From positions 576,001 to 640,000 of the forward strand of contig CAVPNL010000006.1 in the NCBI GenBank assembly GCA_963706575.1: DNA of 64,000 nucleotides, read 5' to 3'. This DNA comes from an uncultured delta proteobacterium (GTDB taxonomy: Bacteria; Desulfobacterota; Desulfobacteria; Desulfobacterales; JAHEIW01). Positions 26,170 through 36,423 of this stretch are shown here, one piece after another; position 1 is the first letter of the stretch; each line of letters starts with the position of its first letter. Position numbers and translations under genes: made by a program. The notes under the pieces were generated by a model that had not been told where the DNA came from, did not search any database, and saw only the letters and a list, made by a program, of their open reading frames with translations.

Positions 26170-27549
26170 CTACAGGAATTTCAAAACCACCAGTGTGATA
26201 TCATCTTCCTGGTGGGCTTCTCCCCGAAAAGCCGTAACCGCATCGATGATTGCCAGGCGGATGCCTTCAGCGCCTAAATCGGCGTAGCGGCGAATAACTT
26301 CTTTTAGCCGGCCCCGCCCGAACATTTCCCCGTTTTTATTGTGGGCTTCCAGCACGCCGTCTGTGGTCAAAACCAGGATCTGTCCGGGCCTGACCGTTTT
26401 GGTACAATCCTGGTACTGCCAGCTTTCTTCAACTCCCAGCGGGAGGCCTTGACCCTCGAGTTTCTCAAAATGGTCCTCATCAGGGGAATACAGCAGTGCC
26501 GGATCATGGCCTGCTCGGACCCAGGTGATCCGGCCGGTCTGCGCTTCCACGACCATGAAGAAAAGGGTCATGAATTGATTGGTTTCGATGGTATCGGCTG
26601 AGACCAGCCGATTGACGTCGGTGATTATATCGGCCACCGAGCCTGTCTGGGTCACCCGGCCCCTGAGGTAAGCTCTAACGCCGGCCATGAGCAAAGCCGA
26701 TGAGATGCCGTGACCGCTGACGTCGCCCACCACAATTGCGTAAGTATCGGGCCCCAGGCGAGGTAATTCAATATAATCAAAGTAGTCCCCGCCGGTTTCA
26801 TCGCAGTACAGGCTGCTGCCGGCCATGTCGAAGCGTTCTTCCCTGGGTGGACGCTGCGGCAAAAGGCTTTGTTGCACCTCCTGGGCGACGTTCAAAGCGG
26901 CGATGATCTGCTCCAGGTGTTTGCTGTATTTGGCTACCTTTTTCATAGCCGCCTGAAGCTCGACAACGGTTTTTTCAAGTTGCTGACTTTTTTCGAGCAG
27001 GTCTTTGTTAAGCTGATTAATTTCCTCGAAAGCACCGGCGTTTTGCAAGGCGATGATCATGGTGTTCGTCAGGGTGATCAGAAGCTTTTTCTCATCTTCG
27101 GTGTATGGATCGTCTATGATTTTGGATCCCAGGCACATCATGCCGGCACTGCTTTTGTCAATATTGAAGGGCACCGCACATGCGACCTCATCAGGCAATC
27201 TTCCCGGGTCTTTGCTCTTAATCTCTTCTACTGTCGGGTTTGTGATTTCTCTGAGAAGTAGAATTTCTTTGGCACGATCTTCCAATTGCGCAAGATCGAT
27301 GTTGTGAAAGCCGTTCGACACGAAGTGAACGGTTTCTTTGGAATTCAAATTGATGATCAGGATGAAGCCTTCGACAACGCCGAAGTTGCCCATGGTCATC
27401 AGAAGAAAATTTTGCAGGATGCTTGCGGTGTCGAGTGTGCCGAATAAATCTTTACTGATGTCAAACAGCGTGCCGAGATAATAGCTTCGCAGCTCCAGTT
27501 CATCCCGACTGGTTTCGATGCCTTTAGAATCCTGGCTGCCGCTTTCCAT
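26170..27549 (-). CDS. GAF-like + PP2C (SpoIIE/RsbU-type) phosphatase
   Basis: GGDYFD, GDVSGHG, RAGH, TTDGVLEA, EDDITL. Confidence 0.93.
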   Translation of the reverse strand: MESGSQDSKGIETSRDELELRSYYLGTLFDISKDLFGTLDTASILQNFLLMTMGNFGVVEGFILIINLNSKETVHFVSNGFHNIDLAQLEDRAKEILLLREITNPTVEEIKSKDPGRLPDEVACAVPFNIDKSSAGMMCLGSKIIDDPYTEDEKKLLITLTNTMIIALQNAGAFEEINQLNKDLLEKSQQLEKTVVELQAAMKKVAKYSKHLEQIIAALNVAQEVQQSLLPQRPPREERFDMAGSSLYCDETGGDYFDYIELPRLGPDTYAIVVGDVSGHGISSALLMAGVRAYLRGRVTQTGSVADIITDVNRLVSADTIETNQFMTLFFMVVEAQTGRITWVRAGHDPALLYSPDEDHFEKLEGQGLPLGVEESWQYQDCTKTVRPGQILVLTTDGVLEAHNKNGEMFGRGRLKEVIRRYADLGAEGIRLAIIDAVTAFRGEAHQEDDITLVVLKFL

Positions 27550-27780
27550 GATGCTTTATTCTTTTGATAAAGGTTCAGCGTTTGAAAGATTGTTCATTGA
27601 TCAGGGAACATAAAAAGCGCTTTTAAGTCAAGAGAAAAATGAGCGGCACGATATCCGACAAAACAACTTATTCTGCTCTTGTCTTGACAATTCCTGGACA
27701 AAAAAATAGGTAATTTCATACATGAATATTTTAAATAAAATGCCGTCGGATCAAAATTTTCAATGCCCGAGGATACCACC

Positions 27781-29175
27781 ATGAGCAAAAAACCAACCAA
27801 TGCGGAATTGGAAAAAAAAGTCAAAGTGCTCGAAAAAACTGAAGGCGCGTTGCGCGAAAGTGAGGAGCTATACCGAAATCTGTTTCAAAATGCGCCCATC
27901 GGGATCGGCATTGCCGACAGGCACGGCAATCTGATTGACTTCAACGAAGCCATTTTAAAACCGGGTGAATATGTTGCTGAAGATATTTTCAAAATAAAAA
28001 ACATTAAAAAAATATATTATCATCAGAAAGCGCGCGATGATGTTTTAGCCAAACTGAAGAAGCAGGGTTTTGTTGATCGCGCCGAAGTTCAATTCAGACG
28101 CAAGGACGGTCGGCCCTATGATTGTTTGCTAAGCCTCAGAAACATCACCTATAAAGAAAAACCCTGCATTCAGGCAATCGTCCAGGATGTCACCCGGCTT
28201 AAAGAAATTGAGAAAATGCTCTGGGGCAGCCGCGAGAGGTTCGAGTCTCTGGTGGAAACCACCAGCGACTGGATCTGGGAAGTTGATCGGACCGGCGCTT
28301 ATATTTTCAGCAATCAAAAAGTCAAAGACATATTGGGCTATGATCGTCATGAAGTCATCGGCAAAAGGCCTTTTGATTTTATGCCGCCGAATGAGGCCCA
28401 AAAAGTCGCTAAAAGCTTCCGTAAATTCGCTAAATCCCGCCAGGCCTTTTCCGGGATGGAAAATATTAATCTCCACAAGGATGGTCATGAAGTCGTGCTC
28501 GAAACGAGCGGGGTGCCGGTTTTTGATGAGAACGGCGAATATCTGGGATATCGGGGCATCGACCGCGATATCACCAAGCGCAAACTGGCGGAACAGGTAT
28601 TGGAACAAATTAATGCCGAACTGGAAAGCCGGGTTGAGACGCGCACAGCAGATTTGATCAAAGCAAACCGACAGCTCAAACAAGAGGTGGCTGAGCGCAA
28701 GCAGGCTGAACAGGCATTGAAAAAAAAAGAAAAGGAATTAAAGAACAAAACAGCGCAATTGCAGGAGCTCAATTCAGCGTTGAAGGTCCTGTTGACGAAA
28801 AAAGATGAAGATAGAGTCGATCTTGAAGAAAAGATGGTCAGTAACGTGCGCGAACTGGTCTTTCCCTACCTGGCAAAATTAAACAACGGTAAATTGCCGG
28901 ACAGGGAAAAAGCGTTTGTCAATATCATCGAATCCAACCTCAAAGATATTCTGTCCCCTTTTGCGCGCAGCCTGACCAGCAAATATCTGGGAATGACGCC
29001 CACCGAAATTAAGGTGGCCAACCTCATTAAACAGGGCAAAACCACAAAAGACATCGCCGAATTAAGCAACCTGTCCCCCAGAACCATTGAATTCCATAGA
29101 GACAATATCCGAACGAAGCTGGGAATCAAAAACAAAAAGGCAAATCTCAGAACCCATTTGCTGTCTCTTGATTAA
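27781..29175 (+). CDS. PAS-PAS LuxR-family transcriptional regulator
   Basis: Two PAS domains, coiled coil, C-terminal [21 protein letters not shown]...[13 protein letters not shown]. Confidence 0.9.
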   Translation: MSKKPTNAELEKKVKVLEKTEGALRESEELYRNLFQNAPIGIGIADRHGNLIDFNEAILKPGEYVAEDIFKIKNIKKIYYHQKARDDVLAKLKKQGFVDRAEVQFRRKDGRPYDCLLSLRNITYKEKPCIQAIVQDVTRLKEIEKMLWGSRERFESLVETTSDWIWEVDRTGAYIFSNQKVKDILGYDRHEVIGKRPFDFMPPNEAQKVAKSFRKFAKSRQAFSGMENINLHKDGHEVVLETSGVPVFDENGEYLGYRGIDRDITKRKLAEQVLEQINAELESRVETRTADLIKANRQLKQEVAERKQAEQALKKKEKELKNKTAQLQELNSALKVLLTKKDEDRVDLEEKMVSNVRELVFPYLAKLNNGKLPDREKAFVNIIESNLKDILSPFARSLTSKYLGMTPTEIKVANLIKQGKTTKDIAELSNLSPRTIEFHRDNIRTKLGIKNKKANLRTHLLSLD

Positions 29176-29231
29176 ATGCGATCCGCTCGTGTGCCGAAAA
29201 GGGGTGGTGCGCAATTTAGCAACCGTCGCCT

Positions 29232-30698
29232 TCAATCAGACATATGCGATTTTTTGCGCTGAATCGTCAGCATCGTGATATCATCTTCCTGGGGGGCTAT
29301 GCCGATATGCGCAAAAAGATGAGTTGCGATCCGTTGCATGAGATCCAATGCATTATCCGCCGGTTGAGATAACAGGGCGTTTAGACGCTTTTTAGTAAAG
29401 CGCTCTCCATCCGGTGTGCGTGCATCGATAACTCCATCCGTATACGCAAACAAAATGTCGCCCGGCTGCAGCTGAATTTCTTTGGTTGCGAATTTTGCCT
29501 GGGGCAGGGCACCCACTGCCGGTCCGGTGGGCAGTAAGCGTTCGCGGATACCCTGTTGATCAATAACAGATACCGCTTCATGCCCGCCATTCATATATAC
29601 CAGTCTTCCGTTTTCCGGATCCAAAACACCGAAAAAAAGCGTGGCAAACATACACATATCATTGTCCTGGGCGATGTACTCATTGGTGAGAGCCACTGCG
29701 ATAAGCGGATTGGATTGCTCCACGACGCTCGTTTCCGGCTGCATCATCAGATGACCCGCTTCTTTCTGGCTGGCAGCAGTGAATGATTCGCACAAGTGTT
29801 TGCACAAATGGGTTTGTCCGGAAAAGATCCGGATCAAGCTGCGGAATAGCGCCATAAAAAGCGCTGATCCCACGCCTTTGTCACACACATCCCCGATAAC
29901 CAGCCCGATGTAGCCGCCCGGCAACTTGAATGCATCATAAAAGTCTCCGGAAACCCGTGTGGCCGGGAAGAAAAATTCCTCGATTTGCCAATCGGACAAT
30001 TGCGGTAATTTTTTGGGCAAAAAGCTCATTTGAATTTGACGGCATTTTTCTATCTCCTGATCGAGCGTCCGGGAATAGGCTTCAATCTTTTGGTTGGCTT
30101 TTCCCAGAGAATGAAGCGAATGGTTTAGATTGGTAAAGAGACAGGCGTTTTCTAAAACCATGGCGACTTGGGTGGCGGTGATTCGCATGAGCTCGACGAT
30201 TTCCTGTGAAAAATGGTAAGGAGCAGAATGCTTTAGGGTCAGAATCCCCAGAAGCACCTCACCGCTGATGATCGGCAGCGCCAGGGCCGACCGGGCGCGA
30301 TAGGGCTGATCCGGAAAGGTTAACCAGCGATCATCTTTGCGGGTGTCATGAACCAGGCCGATCTTACGGTGCCGCTTCACCCAGCCGGCAAGGCCTTTTT
30401 TAAATGCCGAATCGATTAGCACGGACGCCGGCTCGGCAGAGATATTGCCGCGTGACAGGATACTGTCGGTTACACCGCCGTCACTGTCGAGCAAAATCAG
30501 GCTGCCATGGTCTGCGCCGGTCAGCGCGATGGATATCTCAATCGTTTTGCGCAACATGGCTTTGATGACATCGGGTTCATCGGGGGAGCGCGCCATTGAA
30601 ATGAAGCGTTCAAACAGCTCAGACTGGGCCTGGAAGGCCGCGCCCAAAGCATCTGCGCTGAGGATGCTGCTGAGTTTTTCTTCTGCCATACTCTCCAT
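29232..30698 (-). CDS. GAF + PP2C (SpoIIE/RsbU-type) phosphatase
   Basis: GAF (GLAGWV...ALPII), SGDFYD, GDVCDKG, YTDGV, EDDITM; ATG 30698 with GGAGGG RBS. Confidence 0.92.
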   Translation of the reverse strand: MESMAEEKLSSILSADALGAAFQAQSELFERFISMARSPDEPDVIKAMLRKTIEISIALTGADHGSLILLDSDGGVTDSILSRGNISAEPASVLIDSAFKKGLAGWVKRHRKIGLVHDTRKDDRWLTFPDQPYRARSALALPIISGEVLLGILTLKHSAPYHFSQEIVELMRITATQVAMVLENACLFTNLNHSLHSLGKANQKIEAYSRTLDQEIEKCRQIQMSFLPKKLPQLSDWQIEEFFFPATRVSGDFYDAFKLPGGYIGLVIGDVCDKGVGSALFMALFRSLIRIFSGQTHLCKHLCESFTAASQKEAGHLMMQPETSVVEQSNPLIAVALTNEYIAQDNDMCMFATLFFGVLDPENGRLVYMNGGHEAVSVIDQQGIRERLLPTGPAVGALPQAKFATKEIQLQPGDILFAYTDGVIDARTPDGERFTKKRLNALLSQPADNALDLMQRIATHLFAHIGIAPQEDDITMLTIQRKKSHMSD

Positions 30699-30895
30699 GG
30701 AGGTGCCCTCCCGCATTAAAATGTTAGGAGTCAAAAAGAAATTTGAGGCGTTACTTGTTTTGGAGCCATGTGAGATGCGATATCAGATCCGGTTTGATTT
30801 CACGCATGAAACCTTTTTCAGGTGGAGAATAAGATTAGAGATAGCTGACAAATATACCACACTGTAACACACAATAGCTGATTCAAAAAAGATTG

Positions 30896-30913
30896 CTTTG
30901 ACTTAAGTCAAAG
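30896..30913. promoter_or_regulatory. Perfect 18-bp palindrome, candidate CRP/FNR-family operator
   Basis: CTTTGACTTAAGTCAAAG (TTGAC-N4-GTCAA) between divergent genes. Confidence 0.5.
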
Positions 30914-31050
30914 AATTAAAGTTGGCGATCCGCCGTTCTATAAATTGACAGGACAGTTTAATTCGGTTATACGATTTCACTAAAACTTTATCTACATATG
31001 CTTGTGATACGCTGAGCGGCAGCGGTAATTGCGAATTCTAAAAGGGATCG

Positions 31051-32760
31051 GTGACTGTGAAACCGGCGGATCTGATTTACAGTGTCGAAGAAAACCCGCC
31101 TTTAGGGACGACCCTCCTTCTGGCCATCCAGCACCTGATTATTGCGGTGGTCTATCTGGTATATCCGGTCATCGTCGTTACCGAGGCCGGCGGCAGCCTG
31201 AGCCAGGCGACCTTTGCCGTTCAATTTTCCATGCTCGCCATCGGCATCGGGACCATTCTCCAGGTTCGAAACTCCGGGCCGGCCGGCAGCGGCTTTCTTA
31301 TCCCCCACGTTACCACCGCGGCTTATTTAATGCCTTCCATCATGGCCGCCAGAAGCGGCGGGCTGGCCCTGGTGCTCGGGATGACAACCATAGCCGGCCT
31401 ATTCGTCGCATTAATTTCCCGCTTTATGAACAAGTTGCGCGTGCTGTTTCCGCCGGAAGTCTCGGGCGTGGTTGTGGCCATGATCGGTTTTTCGCTGGCG
31501 AAAGCCGCTTTTTCGCGCTTTGTGGGTATGGGAACTGCAGAAAGCGTGGTAAATCCCTCGGAGCTTTTGGTGGGCATTGTGACCCTGGCCACCATGGTTG
31601 CGCTGGTTGTATGGTCTAATGGAAACCTGCGCCTGTATTCGGCAGCGATCGGGCTGGCCGTCGGCTACGGGCTTTCCCTGCTGCTCGGCGTCTTCAACGC
31701 CGGCGCACTGGCCGAAATGGCCGAAGCGCCGCTAGTTGCCCTGCCGTCCTGGGAACATCCGGGCTTTAAATTTGATTTATATTTGATTCCGCCTTTTCTG
31801 ATCGGCGCCCTGGCATCTGTCTTTAAAGCTTCCGGCGTGGTCATCAACTGCCAGAAGATCAACGATCCTGAGTGGAAGCGGGCGGATATGAACTCTGTCG
31901 GCAAAGGGCTGCTGGCCGATGGCATCGGCTGCATTTCCGCCGGCTTGCTCGGCGGGGCGGGCACGTCTATGTCGGCCGCCAATGTCGGGCTTTCCATGGC
32001 CACCGGGGCCACCTCCCGACGGGTGGGTTACGTTATCGGCCTGTTTTTTATTTTGCTGGTGTTCTTGCCAAAATTTTCGGTCGTCCTGACATTGATGCCG
32101 CTGCCGGTCATGGGCGCCGGTCTGCTGTATGTGGCCAGTTTTTTGATTGCTTCCGGGATCCAGCTGATCATGACCCGCATGATGGACTCGCGCCGAACCT
32201 TTATCGTGGGGCTTTCCTTTCTGGCCGGAATCAGCATCGAGGTTCTGCCGGGGCTGTATCAGAACCTGTCCTCCTGGGCCAGCCCCTTATTCAGCAGCTC
32301 TTTGACGATGGCCACCATCACGGCCTTCACGTTGAACCTGATCTTCAGGATCGGCGTATCGCAAAAAGCGTCCAGGGAATTGACGCGCGAAATGGATGTG
32401 GGCGCCGAAATATACCGCTTTTTGGAAAACCAGGGCGCCAGATGGGGCGCGCGGCCCCAGGTTATTCATGAAGCCAAACACATTATGCGTGAGTTGGTCG
32501 AAGCCCTTTTTATGCACGACAAAACCAAGGGCCCGGTTCAGATCGAGGCCCTGTTCGACGAATACAACCTCAACCTGCATGCCACCTACAACGGCAAGCC
32601 CATGGAGTTTCCCCAAAGCCCCCCCACCGAAGACGAGCTGATGCTCGATCCCAATTCTTTGGCCATAATGTCGGGCTTTATGATTCAATTCATGGCCGAA
32701 AAAGTCACCGCATCCGTCAACGCCAATATCTGCAAAGTCAGCATCCACATCACACATTAA
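31051..32760 (+). CDS. NCS2 (xanthine/uracil) permease with an extra C-terminal soluble domain
   Basis: LAIQH, FPPEVSGVVVAMIG, GLLADG, NVGLSMATG (NCS2 signature-like), FLPK; ~130 aa C-terminal extension. Confidence 0.88.
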   Translation: MTVKPADLIYSVEENPPLGTTLLLAIQHLIIAVVYLVYPVIVVTEAGGSLSQATFAVQFSMLAIGIGTILQVRNSGPAGSGFLIPHVTTAAYLMPSIMAARSGGLALVLGMTTIAGLFVALISRFMNKLRVLFPPEVSGVVVAMIGFSLAKAAFSRFVGMGTAESVVNPSELLVGIVTLATMVALVVWSNGNLRLYSAAIGLAVGYGLSLLLGVFNAGALAEMAEAPLVALPSWEHPGFKFDLYLIPPFLIGALASVFKASGVVINCQKINDPEWKRADMNSVGKGLLADGIGCISAGLLGGAGTSMSAANVGLSMATGATSRRVGYVIGLFFILLVFLPKFSVVLTLMPLPVMGAGLLYVASFLIASGIQLIMTRMMDSRRTFIVGLSFLAGISIEVLPGLYQNLSSWASPLFSSSLTMATITAFTLNLIFRIGVSQKASRELTREMDVGAEIYRFLENQGARWGARPQVIHEAKHIMRELVEALFMHDKTKGPVQIEALFDEYNLNLHATYNGKPMEFPQSPPTEDELMLDPNSLAIMSGFMIQFMAEKVTASVNANICKVSIHITH

Positions 32761-32946
32761 AAATTGTTTGGAGTATCCCCTGACTTCTGGATGAATATTC
32801 AGCTGAAATGGGATCTTTATTTTGCAAAGCGGTCTGAAGCCGACAATCTAAAGGTCATCAAACCCTTATCTGTTCAATCTTGACCCATTTGTCTGATCCT
32901 TTGCCCTTTTTCCCTTGCTGTTGTTATTTCAATAAAATTAGATAAA

Positions 32947-32988
32947 CCTCTGAAAAAGTCTTGACATTTTCAGAGGATACTGTAAATT
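32947..32988 (+). promoter_or_regulatory. Sigma70-type promoter overlapped by an inverted repeat
   Basis: TTGACA (32961) and TAAATT (32983); CCTCTGAAAA/TTTTCAGAGG arms flank the -35. Confidence 0.55.
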
Positions 32989-32994
32989 TGTCAC

Positions 32995-34212
32995 ATGAAC
33001 CGCAGGTTGTTAACGAGGCTTCTGAAGCATCATTCACCGGAGAAAATGATATTATTACCGGGCCCCAGACAGGTGGGCAAAACCACTTTAGCCCAGATGG
33101 CGCTGGAGTCTTGGCCCGATAGGGGTGTGTATTTCAACTGGGATGTCGCAAACCACCGAGCGCGGATTTTGAGCAAAGAAGATCTGCTGGCAGATTATCG
33201 CAGGCCTTCGAAAAGGCCAATGATTGTATTTGATGAGCTGCATAAAATGCGCCGTTTCAAATCCTGGCTGAAGGGATTTTATGACGAGTTCAGAAATGAA
33301 GCAGCCATCTGGGTTACCGGAAGCGGACGACTAGATTTGTATCAAAAGGGCGGTGACAGCCTTTTGGGCCGGTATTTTCTCTATCGTATGCATCCGTTTT
33401 CCATAGGTGAACTGCACGGTCTAGAAAATGAGGATTTGTTACCCGATCCGGAGGAAAGCTGGAAAATTTTTATAAATGGTGATCTGGGGAGCGTCGATAT
33501 TGGACCCTTGCTCAACTTCGGAGGATTTCCGGAGCCTTATTTAAAGCAGGATAAAAGGTTTCACACAAGATGGATTCGATCCAGGCGTGAGTTGATCACC
33601 CATGAAGATGTCCGGGATTTAACGCGAATCGAAGACGTTGATCGCCTGGAGCACCTTGTCCGATTGTTAAACCCGCGGATTGCATCACCTTTGTCCATCA
33701 ATTCTTTTAGAGAAGATCTGGGTGTTGCTTTTGAAACGGTTCGAGGTTGGATTCATACACTCGAGCGCCTCTACTACATATATGGTGTTCCGCCTTACAG
33801 CCACCGCCTGCAGCGCGCCATCAAACGCGAACAGAAATATTATTTTTGGGATTGGTCTGAGGTCAATGAGGCGTCGGCGCGGTTTGAAAATTTTATTATG
33901 TCTCATCTCCTGAAGGCCTGCCATACTTGGTCTGATTTTGGTTTAGGAGAATTTAAACTCTGGTATGTCAGAGATAGAGAAAAACGCGAGGTCGATGCCC
34001 TAATTACGCGTGACAACAAACCGTGGCTGATAGTTGAGGTGAAACTGAATGAATTAAGTGTGTCAAAATCCTTGCAGCGCTTCGCAGAGCTTCTCAACTG
34101 CAACAAAATCGTTCAGGTTGTCAGCACTGATAATGTTTACCGCCAGGTAAAAATCGGGCCGCAAACCTGTCATCTTGTGTCTGCCGGCATCTTTCTCAGA
34201 TGGCTGGCGTAG
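32995..34212 (+). CDS. AAA_14/DUF4143-type ATP-binding protein
   Basis: GPRQVGKT, VFDELHK, VTGS, FGGFPE, FENF, REVD...VEVK (PD-(D/E)XK-like tail). Confidence 0.88.
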   Translation: MNRRLLTRLLKHHSPEKMILLPGPRQVGKTTLAQMALESWPDRGVYFNWDVANHRARILSKEDLLADYRRPSKRPMIVFDELHKMRRFKSWLKGFYDEFRNEAAIWVTGSGRLDLYQKGGDSLLGRYFLYRMHPFSIGELHGLENEDLLPDPEESWKIFINGDLGSVDIGPLLNFGGFPEPYLKQDKRFHTRWIRSRRELITHEDVRDLTRIEDVDRLEHLVRLLNPRIASPLSINSFREDLGVAFETVRGWIHTLERLYYIYGVPPYSHRLQRAIKREQKYYFWDWSEVNEASARFENFIMSHLLKACHTWSDFGLGEFKLWYVRDREKREVDALITRDNKPWLIVEVKLNELSVSKSLQRFAELLNCNKIVQVVSTDNVYRQVKIGPQTCHLVSAGIFLRWLA

Positions 34213-34275
34213 ATATTTGTTTTTCAAAATACGTCCACTTATTTCCTCATGACCTGTCTGTCTCCGCCATGAATC

Positions 34276-34476
34276 GCTTGTCGCGCCGCAGCTTAAGCGA
34301 AGGAGGATCCTTCTGGGACCATGACGTGCCTGTCCTGCGTAGCTTTTAGCTTTATTAGCGAAACAGGATCGCTTTCCGTCATGAGCTGGCAAAGCAGGCG
34401 GATCAACCCACCGATTCTTTTTTCCTTATACCTTTTACCTTGAACCTTGTACCTGTATTTTATTTATATATTTATG
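34276..34476. repeat. Intergenic element duplicated upstream of both M20 genes, copy 1
   Basis: Shares GCTT.TCGCGCCG.AGCTT.AGCGAAGG.GGATCCT, CTGGCAAAGCAG and CCTTGTACCTGTATTTT..TTATATATTTATG with 36062-36275. Confidence 0.75.
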
Positions 34477-34583
34477 TCCCCCTTTTTGTTTTCAATTTTG
34501 GAAGTTGAAAATTTCATTTGGCATGTGATAGTAGATGATGGGTCTGGTATGTCGAACTCAACGGTCGATGAAAGGAGGCCCAT

Positions 34584-35911
34584 ATGGCATCCACAGGCGA
34601 CATCTCTTCTATCTATCAGCGTCCGGCGGAACTGTTGCAACGGCTGATTCGATTTGATACCACCAATCCGCCCGGCAACGAAGCCGACTGTATCGCCTTT
34701 ATCGATGAACTGCTGACAGGGGCGGGGATTAAAACCACCATTCTGGCCGCGCACCCGAACGCCCCAATCTGATCGCGCGATTATCCGGCCAGGGGAACGC
34801 ACCGCCGCTTTTGCTATACGGCCACGTGGATGTCGTCACGACCAAAAATCAAAAGTGGCAGCATCCGCCTTTTGAGGGCAAGATTTCAGATGGTTTCATC
34901 TGGGGCCGTGGCGCCCTGGATATGAAAGGCGGAATCGCGATGATGCTGTCCGCTTTTATTCGGGCAAAGGAAGAAGGTTTGGGCTTGCCCGGAGATGTCG
35001 TCCTGGCCATCGTTAGTGACGAGGAAGCGCTTGGAGGTTTTGGCGCCAGATTCCTGGTCGAAAACCATCCGGATTTGTTTGAAGGCATCCGATACGCCAT
35101 CGGAGAATTCGGGGGGTTTTCGATATATGTTGGAAAAAAGAAATTTTATCCGATTTCGATCGCCGAAAAGCAGGTTTGCTGGATAAAGGCTACGCTTCGG
35201 GGGCCGGCCGGCCACGGTTCTTTGCCTGCCCGCGGCGGCGCTATGGCAAAACTGTCCCGGCTTCTTCAAAAATTGGATAAGAAACGGCTGCCGGTGCATA
35301 TCACTTCAACTGCTCGGCTGATGTTCAAAACCATGGCCTCGGCCCTGGGTGGGCTGAACGGGATTATCCTCGGTCAATTGCTAAATCCATCCCTGACAAA
35401 CATCGTACTGAATGTGTTTGGTGAACGCGGTCATGTTTTCGATCCCTTGTTGCACAACACGGTAAATGCCACAGTGCTGCACGGAAGCGAAAAAATCAAT
35501 GTGGTCCCCGGCGAGGTTTCTGTGGAACTGGATGGCCGCTTGCTTCCGGGTTTTGAGCCAGACGATATGATTGCTGAGCTGCGCCGGATAATCGGCCAGG
35601 ATGTGGAACTCGAGGTGCTTCATTTCGATCCGGGGCCGGCCGAGCCGGATATGGGACTGTTTGACAAACTTGCCGATATATTGTGTGAGTTTGATCCTGA
35701 AGGCAAGCCGTTACCGCTATTATTAAGTGGAACTTCCGATGCACGGTTTTTCACGCGCCTGGGAATACAAACATACGGTTATTTACCGACGCCACTGCCA
35801 AAAGATTTTAATTTCTCAAAAACCATCCATGCCGCCGACGAACGCATTCCCATCGAGGCGGTTGATTTTGGCGCTAACGCTGTCTATGAAGTTCTCAAAC
35901 GTTTTGAATAG
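34584..35911 (+). CDS. M20 family metallopeptidase (ArgE/DapE/ACY1-like), frameshifted near 34750
   Basis: N-part LIRFDTTNPPGNE (34584..) continues in another frame as APERPNLIARLSGQGNAPPLLLYGHVDVV, then GRGALDMKG, DEE, SDARF, HAADE; the single-base indel is probably a sequencing error. Confidence 0.85.
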
Positions 35912-36061
35912 AAAATCTGAAAACCGGTGATAATCATTTCTTCCTTACTTTTTCCATGTGCCTTATACCTTGAGCCTTGTACCGGATTTTAATTTATATA
36001 TTTATGAACGTCCCTCTCTATGAAGCGCCTGCCGGGGCGGAGCTCGTACGAGCGAAGACTG

Positions 36062-36275
36062 GCTTATCGCGCCGTAGCTTTAGCGAAGGGGGATCCTCCT
36101 GGAGACCATGAAATGTCGTTCTGCGCCATGACCTGGCAAAGCAGCTGAATCAGCTTACCAATTCTTTTTTCCCTTATATCTTCTACCGCGCCTGCCCAGT
36201 TAAATAATTCCTATAATTGGAGCGTAGCGGATTTAAACGGGGCGCCTTGTACCTGTATTTTTTTATATATTTATG
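36062..36275. repeat. Intergenic element duplicated upstream of both M20 genes, copy 2
   Basis: See 34276-34476; a third partial copy of the 3' motif lies at 35975-36006. Confidence 0.75.
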
Positions 36276-36423
36276 GGATTTCTCGCTTTACTCATATTGC
36301 CTTTATTTTTCCAATGTTTTTTCTATGATTTTTTATGAACTTTTAGTATTGTTCAGTTGTATTTATTTGGTAAAACTGTAACCTAATTATATTTCTTGTA
36401 AAATAATCAGCGAGAGAGCCTTA

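Noticed and set aside
34770..34772. TGA in the M20 gene as a second Sec codon
   Set aside because: The downstream part is in a different frame; a single-base indel near 34750 explains it
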